From Octopus sinensis (Eukaryota): 64,000 bases of DNA. The stretch lies in NCBI RefSeq assembly GCF_006345805.1, contig NC_043014.1, forward strand, positions 44,764,001 to 44,828,000, in the 5' to 3' direction. The notes below the pieces were generated by a model. That model ran no database searches and had not been told where the DNA came from. It saw only the letters and a program-made list of their open reading frames with translations. The position numbers and the translations under genes were made by a program. Of this stretch, positions 59,501-64,000 are shown in pieces. Each line of letters starts with the position of its first letter. The first letter of the stretch is position 1.

Positions 59501-61638
59501 TTGATGGAGAAAGAAAAAAACAAAGGAGAGAATAAAAACGTGTCTGGATTAACAGTTGCACATGTTGAACTCTGTGTGTGTGTGTGTGTGTATATAAGCA
59601 TTTGTATAATATCAACAGTTACCTGGCCTGCATAGTCTGCCGTGCTATCTGGTGGAGACGACTGAAGTAACACTGGCTGTACTGCTGTAGGGACTTCAAC
59701 TCATTCTTGGAATGGAAGAAGCGGATCTGAGGGACTTCGTTATTGTTCACGTTGCAGATGAAGTGCTGAGTGGAGAGAAAGGTCAAAGGTGAAGGAATGG
59801 TGACAAGACAGTTGAAAGATAAAGGTTCTAGTTTGGTCCCAATCTGTGACGCCTTGGGTAAATATCACCCACCTTGTCTTCGGATTGTTCAATATACCTT
59901 GTGAGGGTAATTTGTGAGAAAGAACAGTGTGGAAACTTATGTGTGTGTGTTTGTGAGAGAACATATATTACTATTTAGTGGGAAAGAGAGGGATTCTACT
60001 CCAACCCTTTTAATCTGTTCAGGGTCTCTGAGACTGGTCAGAGCAAAGGATGAAGTTACCCGCAAACCAGAGGAAAACTGGCTTGAATGTTTGAAACAGT
60101 AAACAACACTAAAGTTATCCAAGAACAGGTGGTGGTGTTAAACAGGAGAATGGCTTAAATCTATCACCTAAGAACTGGAACAAATACCATAAGGTGATGG
60201 TCTAACAATTTCACACCCAGGTACCTATTTTTCTGAATCCCAAAAGTTTGGAAGGCTAAGTTTTGCCTCTTGCATATTTTGAATAAGTTGAATAAGCTGC
60301 AAGAGAAAAACTTGAAATTCCAGCCAGCCTGACATGTTGCTTATGCACACATGTGGAGGTGTATGGCTTAGTGGTTAGGGTGCTGGGCTTACAATCATGA
60401 GGTTGTAAGTTTGATCCCTGGACCAGGCTGTATGTTGTACTGTTGAGCAAGATACTTATTTCATGTTGTTCCAGTTCACTCAGCTGTAGAAATCAGTTGC
60501 AATGTCACTGGTGCAAAGCTGTATCGGCCCCTTTGCCTTTCCCCTGGACAACATCGGTGGTGTGGAGAAGGAAGACTGGAATGCATGGGCGACTGTTGAT
60601 CTTCCACAAACGTCCTTGGAGGGGAGTTTTCTAAGTGCAATCCCACAGTCGTTTGTGATTGAAAGGGGTCTTTTACTTTACACACACACACACATACATT
60701 TAACATTTCCTATCAACAAAATCGTCCGTTAGCCCTGTGCTTTTGAATTCCCTTACTTGAGAAAGAGGAAAGGGTTGCTGACAAGAGGAACATCCCACCA
60801 TGAAAATCCTACCTCAAATCCCTTCCCATCTGACCCTCGCAAGCATAGAAAAACAATTGTTGAATAAATTGAAATCAAATTCGATGACTGGCATCCGTGC
60901 TAATGGAGCGTTAAGAGCACCATCTAAGTGTGATCGTTGCCAGAGCAGCTAACTGGTTTCTGTGCCAGTGGCACATAAAAAGCACCATTCGAGCATGATT
61001 GTTACCAGCGTCGCCTTACTGGCACTTGTGCTGGTGGCATGTGAAAAACACCATTTGAGTGTGGCCGTTACCAGTACCGCCTGACTGGCCCTCGTTCCAG
61101 TGGCATGTAAAAGCACCCACTACACTCGAGTGAGGTTGGTGCCAGAGCCGCTGGACTGGCTCCTGTACAGGTGGCATGTAAAAAACACCATTTAAGTGTA
61201 GCCATTGCCAGTACCGCCTGACTGGCCCTCATGCCAGTGGCACGTAAAAGCACCCACTACACTCTCGGAGTGGTTGGCATTAGGAAGGGCATCCAGCTGT
61301 AGAAACTCTGCCGGATCAGATTGGAGCCTGGTGCAGCCATCTGTTTCGCCAGTCCACAGTCAAATCGTCCAATCCATGCTAGCATGGAAAGCAGACATTA
61401 AACGATGATGATGATAATGATGACACACACACTTTTTATGACAGCAAAATTAAAATCAAAAGCTAAAAATAAGATGCTTGCCAAAATGTTTCCCATACCT
61501 GAGGACTGCAAATTCGGATGAGATTGAGAGATTGGCCACAGGTGAAGATGTCATGCAACACACCAGATAAAAATTCAAGGAAACCATTGGCAGTTGAAGG
61601 AATCTGCAACTGGAAACCGTCATTCCAGTTCTCTTTAC
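28235..61638 (-). CDS. TUBGCP6: Gamma-tubulin complex component 6; spliced CDS of 19 exons, 5' partial, with one apparent 1-nt deletion
   Basis: Exons join in frame to about 1210 codons once one base is restored at 47310-47314. Segments align by eye with human GCP6: end of GRIP1 (DIFTCGQSLNLIRICSPQH vs DIYVCGKTINLLKLCCPRH), coiled coil (HYADLSEQAALREEKALW vs HYSKLSAEAARREQKALW) and GRIP2 (VDWPLNIII, NQVLYISW, HPNF, EPHLQDLVLLLNYNNW vs QPHLEDFLLRINFNNY). Confidence 0.95.
29613..29812 (-). CDS. TUBGCP6: TUBGCP6 exon (SLFMSPSNH...HPNFPRLLKLYEDFCRYSKHFYD)
   Basis: tttcag| ... |gtaagc; 200 nt. Confidence 0.95.
31316..31682 (-). mobile_element. Non-autonomous Helitron-like element; a second copy lies at 43222-43584
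   Basis: On the - strand it begins TCTCTATATATAT and ends in the hairpin ACTAGCACTATGACCC...GGGTCATAGTGCTAG-T; both copies are about 365 bp and colinear. Confidence 0.7.
31800..32113 (-). mobile_element. tRNA-derived SINE family 4; a second copy lies at about 52975-53285
   Basis: Head TGGAGGCGCAATGGCCCAGTGG...GGTTTCGATTCCCAGACC; two colinear copies of about 310 bp. Confidence 0.82.
32257..32418 (-). CDS. TUBGCP6: TUBGCP6 exon (YIMREFVKALQNFFVNQVLYISW...LHKLHMDFLDTSLK)
   Basis: ttgtag| ... |gtaagt; 162 nt. Confidence 0.96.
33261..33324 (-). CDS. TUBGCP6: TUBGCP6 exon (MVNHVPHFSRETQFHRVQTF)
   Basis: ttgcag| ... |gtttgt; 64 nt; phases match; aligns with QFRQLQLF. Confidence 0.85.
33706..33890. 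repeat. Exact 76-bp tandem duplication (about 2.4 units) within a family-2 element
   Basis: TTACCTGTAACTGCC starts at 33706, 33782 and 33858. Confidence 0.9.
34176..34308 (-). CDS. TUBGCP6: TUBGCP6 exon (VDWPLNIIINKECHRKYRQLYLFLLQLR...LKRD)
   Basis: tcgtag| ... |gtaagt; 133 nt; V.WPL.I signature of GCPs. Confidence 0.97.
34917..35321. mobile_element. Second copy of the Merlin-like MITE family
   Basis: Same TIR and right arm; exact TSD GGGAATCT (34909-34916 / 35322-35329). Confidence 0.8.
35750..36215 (+). mobile_element. 5'-truncated CR1/Jockey-type LINE, 3' end
   Basis: LLESVQRRATK...YSERL..L...SL..RRL...TRGH...FFTLRV..AWNKLP..VV; (ATT)n tail. Confidence 0.9.
36333..36479. repeat. Hairpin of about 147 bp made from an inverted duplication of a family-2 SINE tail
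   Basis: TGCCCATCATCATC...GACTGAGG / CAGTC...GATGATGGGCA; the arms include 5 bp of flank. Confidence 0.85.
36838..36875 (-). CDS. TUBGCP6: TUBGCP6 micro-exon (AKILECLNLAYK)
   Basis: ctatag| ... |gtaagc; 38 nt; matches human VLSCLELRYK. Confidence 0.9.
37521..37677 (-). CDS. TUBGCP6: TUBGCP6 exon (LSMNPHPNEILNPIFLNSIINQAF...NLSFEITEDSSSTVKD)
   Basis: ttccag| ... |gtacgt; 157 nt. Confidence 0.93.
38915..39056 (-). CDS. TUBGCP6: TUBGCP6 exon (IKLVNKCALDYFLTELSIEEHF...GEGDFAFNLTSLLFEK)
   Basis: ttgcag| ... |gtgact; 142 nt; start of GRIP2. Confidence 0.96.
40754..40913 (-). CDS. TUBGCP6: TUBGCP6 exon (SGHLLNIGG...PLSVLIQQSIQNPLMD)
   Basis: tttcag| ... |gtaagt; 160 nt; aligns with human LPVLMKRSITAPLAAH. 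Confidence 0.9.
41002..41315 (-). mobile_element. RTE-like LINE 3' fragment
   Basis: RRVQFAGHC.RA...LLLWKP...RGRTLSY.D...MMDREVWR. Confidence 0.8.
43791..43871 (-). CDS. TUBGCP6: TUBGCP6 exon (PAEGFEAMFKSWKESFTEPYNCSFNF)
   Basis: ttgtag| ... |gtaagt; 81 nt; phase 1 at both ends as required. Confidence 0.82.
44148..44301. repeat. 14-bp minisatellite, about 11 units of two variants
   Basis: AGTTGACAGTCAAT and AGTTGACAATGAGC interspersed. Confidence 0.9.
44530..44760 (-). mobile_element. Mariner transposase C-terminal relic
   Basis: HPPYSLNLAPCGFWLFPKVK, a decayed form of the YSPDLAPCD motif. Confidence 0.8.
45060..45655 (+). mobile_element. SINE-like family 2 with variable internal 45-50 bp tandem units and a (GAT)n tail, representative copy
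   Basis: Units ending GGTGGCACGTAAAAAGCACC, then GGAGTGGTTGGCGTTAGGAAGGGCATCCAG...CATGCTAGCATGGAAAGCGGACGTTAAACGATGATG. About 20 copies, e.g. 1725-2035, 11325-11575, 19965-20190(-), 20490-20905, 29920-30240, 30685-30895, 33660-34085, 39740-40045(-), 42430-42825, 55560-55710(-), 58820-59250, 60870-61420, 63335-63560. Confidence 0.88.
45737..45961 (-). CDS. TUBGCP6: TUBGCP6 exon (QLPKVKTH...RNIHGHASDSTIQKLLYG...EEDRI)
   Basis: gatcag| ... |gtaagt; 225 nt. Confidence 0.9.
47072..48231 (-). CDS. TUBGCP6: TUBGCP6 large repeat exon (about 10 x 25-aa repeats); frameshifted as assembled
   Basis: ttgcag| acceptor and |gtgagt donor; 1160 nt where the phases require a multiple of 3; open in frame 0 to 47264 and in frame -1 to the donor. 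Confidence 0.8.
47270..47995 (-). repeat. Coding tandem repeat, 75-bp / 25-aa unit, about 10 copies
   Basis: ACTGAT(C/T)CTCCACCTG recurs at 47671, 47746, 47821 and 47896; consensus HKKQVEDQSVSKESxxTSGGDxIIP. Confidence 0.95.
48545..48830 (+). mobile_element. Decayed RTE-like LINE 3' fragment
   Basis: Frameshifted LRMALNVSW, RRVRLAGH, KLVLWNP and MEDRDEW segments. Confidence 0.6.
48970..49473. repeat. Perfect 504-bp palindrome (252-bp arms, no loop); probable Penelope-like terminal repeat in inverted arrangement
   Basis: Centre TGAC|GTCA at 49221/49222; arms are reverse complements by eye; flanked by (TA)n. Confidence 0.92.
49326..49430 (+). ncRNA. Minimal type-I hammerhead ribozyme; an identical mirror copy lies on the - strand at 49013-49117
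   Basis: CUGAUGA 49340-49346; stem II GAAGGC 49347-49352 / GCCUUC 49395-49400; GAAA 49401-49404; stem III C-AUAU-G; GUC cleavage triplet 49410-49412; stem I GAAAA/UUUUC plus distal AAGGAA/UUCCUU. Confidence 0.85.
51647..51923 (-). CDS. TUBGCP6: TUBGCP6 insertion-domain exon (DDNVDGIAIL...LPSWAKK)
   Basis: ttgtag| ... |gtattt; 277 nt open; phases match both neighbours. Confidence 0.85.
52117..52690 (+). mobile_element. 5'-truncated RTE-clade LINE, 3' end, frameshifted
   Basis: TKGRIYQAIV.TILLHGCEAW...LEVFDNDCL.RIL...LRWFAHAAR...DLAQDRRAW. Confidence 0.9.
53570..53744 (-). CDS. TUBGCP6: TUBGCP6 exon (EKIKRHYADLSEQAALREEKALWNVRRARL...WKSKRTK)
   Basis: ttacag| ... |gtttgt; 175 nt; conserved HY..LS..A..RE.KALW motif. 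Confidence 0.95.
55983..56083 (-). CDS. TUBGCP6: TUBGCP6 exon (RKLKEKEMRKKADELSEKEQSLMKAKAEMEAEI)
   Basis: ttatag| ... |gtgagt; 101 nt. Confidence 0.92.
56217..56277. repeat. (TA)n microsatellite, about 30 units; many similar TA, CA, AAT and GAT tracts occur window-wide
   Basis: Directly visible. Confidence 0.95.
56670..56717 (+). ncRNA. Minimal hammerhead ribozyme fold, antisense to TUBGCP6
   Basis: GUCU-CUGAUGA(56674-56680)-A-GGGAUAU/AUAUCCC-A-GAAA-C-AACU-GUA(56711-56713)-AGAC; 4-bp stem I, 7-bp stem II. Confidence 0.65.
56815..56903 (-). CDS. TUBGCP6: TUBGCP6 exon (ELENIKKLQQEKKKKEFQLLKEQMEEAQL)
   Basis: ttttag| ... |gtgagt; 89 nt. Confidence 0.92.
57140..57560 (-). mobile_element. SINE family 3 (GCCTTTCATCCTTTCGGGGTCGAT central domain), with a tandemly duplicated body
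   Basis: Head AGGCGGCGAGCTGGCAGAA...GTTCAAATTCC. Other copies near 4510-4700, 6210-6310(-), 18845-19080, 21375-21850(-), 23430-23590(-), 38315-38425(-) and 57955-58140. Confidence 0.82.
58616..58707 (-). CDS. TUBGCP6: TUBGCP6 exon (LERKEKLIQMKKDLAAKAQEMAASELKRIN)
   Basis: ttttag| ... |gtaagt; 92 nt; coiled coil. Confidence 0.92.
59623..59765 (-). CDS. TUBGCP6: TUBGCP6 exon (HFICNVNNNEVPQIRFFHS...YFSRLHQIARQTMQA)
   Basis: Long pyrimidine tract then actcag| ... |gtaact; 143 nt; phases match both neighbours. Confidence 0.9.
61499..61638 (-). CDS. TUBGCP6: TUBGCP6 exon (KENWNDGFQL...DIFTCGQSLNLIRICSPQ)
   Basis: ttctag| ... |gtatgg on the - strand; 140 nt. Confidence 0.92.
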
Positions 61639-61806
61639 CTAGAATGAAAATCAATCAATGAATAAACATCAGGTTATTAATTAACTTTGGAGGTAATTAT
61701 GAAACAAAGTAGTGAAATTTAGAACACATTAACTTGGTTAGTAGAAAGGACGTTGGGGAGTGTGACTGGGACTCACTGAGTCATTGTGGAATGAAGGCTC
61801 TTTTAA

Positions 61807-62892
61807 CCCTTTCGTTACTATATTTCTGACCAAATTACACCCCTTATGTGTTTCAATTAATTTCTAACGTAATCATAAATTTAGTCTGGTTTCATTAAAC
61901 AACTATAACTTTTTTATTTATCGATATATCAATCTGATTTTTGGAAGATAATTTAATGAAATATTCTCAACCAATTCTATACTATAATTTTTGTTACAAA
62001 GTGACTCTAATTGCAGGTAGATACAGGTAAATTCCACAAAATATAAAATTATTAAAATTTTGTTCAAACATCGCTATAGAAAATGGGTTATTAGCTAATA
62101 TTCAATTGGGTATATAACAAAATTTTACGATAGAATTTGTTATTCTGGGTAACTTTCTGATACCCATAATAATATTTACGGCAAAATAGTCTTAATTTCA
62201 TTTAAGGTTGAGGGAAACCACAAACTATCGTTTCTTTTGCTTTGTTTACGTTTAGCGTAACGGTTCGTCTCCGCTGTAATGATTTCAAATAGGCTCATTC
62301 GAAAAAGTAAAAAGAAATAGTCTAAGGCTTTACTCTTCTGGGAAAGTCTGTGGCTTGGTCCAGTTTCTTCAGAGAAATCACCGAAAGGAACAGTTTTTAA
62401 ATTTTCACTCCATTCAGGTGCCAATTCGTTTTCTTTATCGCTGTCGGAGATCTCAGATTCACTGTTTTCACTTTCGGAAAATGAAACATCAGATTCATTA
62501 TCAAATACCACATGCTTTTTTTTTTCAGTCATAGAGTTAGATTTATGAAGGTCTTCAGTAGAAAATCCTTCGAATTCTGACTCGCTGCTTGATATAATGA
62601 AATTCGTATCCATTTTTTGTCAGAATTACAAATTTTGAAAACACAATAGGAACAAATTTCGGAAAAAAATCTCCCAAAATTCACGGAATTAAAATTACAC
62701 TTCGATTATTGTACAAAACTGTAGTTGAACTGTTTACGAAGTATAATACGTGTTTTCACGAATGTACTGAAGAGATTTGCTCTGATATTCTCATTTAAAT
62801 ATGAATAGGTAAATTCGGGCGGCTTTGGGCGGTTTGGTTTCATAAACCAAAATTTTGTTCGGGCGGCTTTGGGCGGTTTGGTAACGAAAGGG
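61807..62892 (-). mobile_element. Internally deleted piggyBac-like DNA transposon retaining the transposase N-terminus
   Basis: TTAA on both sides; TIR CCCTTTCGTTAC / GTAACGAAAGGG; ORF 62176-62613 has an acidic N-terminus then ALDYFFLLF...AETNRYA...W...LNEIK. Confidence 0.9.
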
Positions 62893-64000
62893 TTAAAGAA
62901 CCTTTCTAGGCAAGGATCTACACTCTTGGAGTGGTTGGCGTTAGGAAGGGTATCCAGATCAGACTGGAGCCTGGTTTGCCAGACCTCAGTCAAATCGTCC
63001 AACCCATGCTAGCATGGAAAGTGGACGTTAAACGATAATGATGACGAAAGAGCTGTCTCAAAGTATGAACACATTGAGAAGTTGCTTGGGGACCTCATGG
63101 GACTAGGGCTCAATTCTAATCTATGTGTATTGTCACTTGCCATCAATAAATAATACTATAAGGTGCAGCGACATTAATTTGCCCAGCCCAAGGGCCTGTA
63201 ATAATCCTAAGACAGTCCTGACAGAACACATTAGCTATGGAGTTCTGACTAGTTAATCTCAAGCATATTTTTTAAAATCTAACTTTTGCAATTTAAATTG
63301 AACACATAATCTCTTGATTTTTGAATTGTTGCTAAGGTAAAAAGCACCAACCGATCGTGGCCGTTTGCCAGCCTCATCTGGCACATAAAAAGCACCCACT
63401 ACACTCACGGAGTGGTTGGCGTTAGGAAGGGCATTCAGCTGTAGAAACACTGCCAGATCAGACTGGAGCCTGGTGCGGGTCTCTGGCTTCCCAGACCCCA
63501 GTTGAACCGTCCAACACATGCTAGCATGGAAAACGGACATTAAATGATGATGATGATGAAAAGAAAGTGGTGCCACTTTTTGACAGCTTCAAATAGCATT
63601 TAACCCTTTGACATTTAAACTGGCCATATCCAGCTCAAATATTCTACCTGTTACATGTTCGAAATAACCAGATTTGATCTCTTGCACCTACCCTACAATG
63701 TCATCCTAAAAATAAATTATCACATCATCGAAATCTCAAAGCTTTGAGCTTCAAGATAACGCATGATTAATTCAAAGCAATGTGAATAGATAAGCATTAC
63801 ATTTGACAGAATAACCTGAACACTAAACTCTTTACTCTTTTACTTGTTTCAGTCATTTGACTGTGGCCATGCTGGAGCACCGCCTTTAGTCGAGCAAATC
63901 AACCTTATTCTTTGTAAGCCTAGTACTTATTCTATTGGTCTCTTTTGCCGAACCGCTAAGTTACGGGGACGTAAACACACCAGCATCGGTTGTCAAGAGA

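Overview
AT-rich eukaryotic genomic DNA, most likely from an octopus or other coleoid cephalopod (inferred from the tRNA-derived SINE families and (TA)n/(CA)n density; not confirmed by search). Two convergent, intron-rich genes fill the window. (1) Cytosolic seryl-tRNA synthetase (SARS1) on the + strand: 10 coding exons from 6931 to the TGA at 27057-27059; coding exon 1 was not found and is probably upstream of the window. (2) Gamma-tubulin complex component 6 (TUBGCP6/GCP6) on the - strand: 19 coding exons from 61638 to the TAA at 28235-28237; the N-terminal exons lie beyond the window. All splice junctions are GT-AG and phase-consistent, except that one GCP6 exon (47072-48231) is one base short in an A5 run. 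That exon carries about ten 25-aa tandem repeats unrelated in sequence to the 27-aa repeats of mammalian GCP6. Introns are packed with SINEs, piggyBac, hAT, Merlin-like, Tc1/mariner and Helitron-like relics, and LINE fragments. The most striking unannotated signal is a set of long intronic fold-back palindromes (up to 252 bp perfect arms with no loop) that contain minimal hammerhead ribozyme folds (CUGAUGA / stem II / GAAA / palindromic stem III / GUH / stem I). At least four unrelated sequence families carry these folds, and one is fused to a tRNA-derived head. All folds were done by eye; none was computed or tested.
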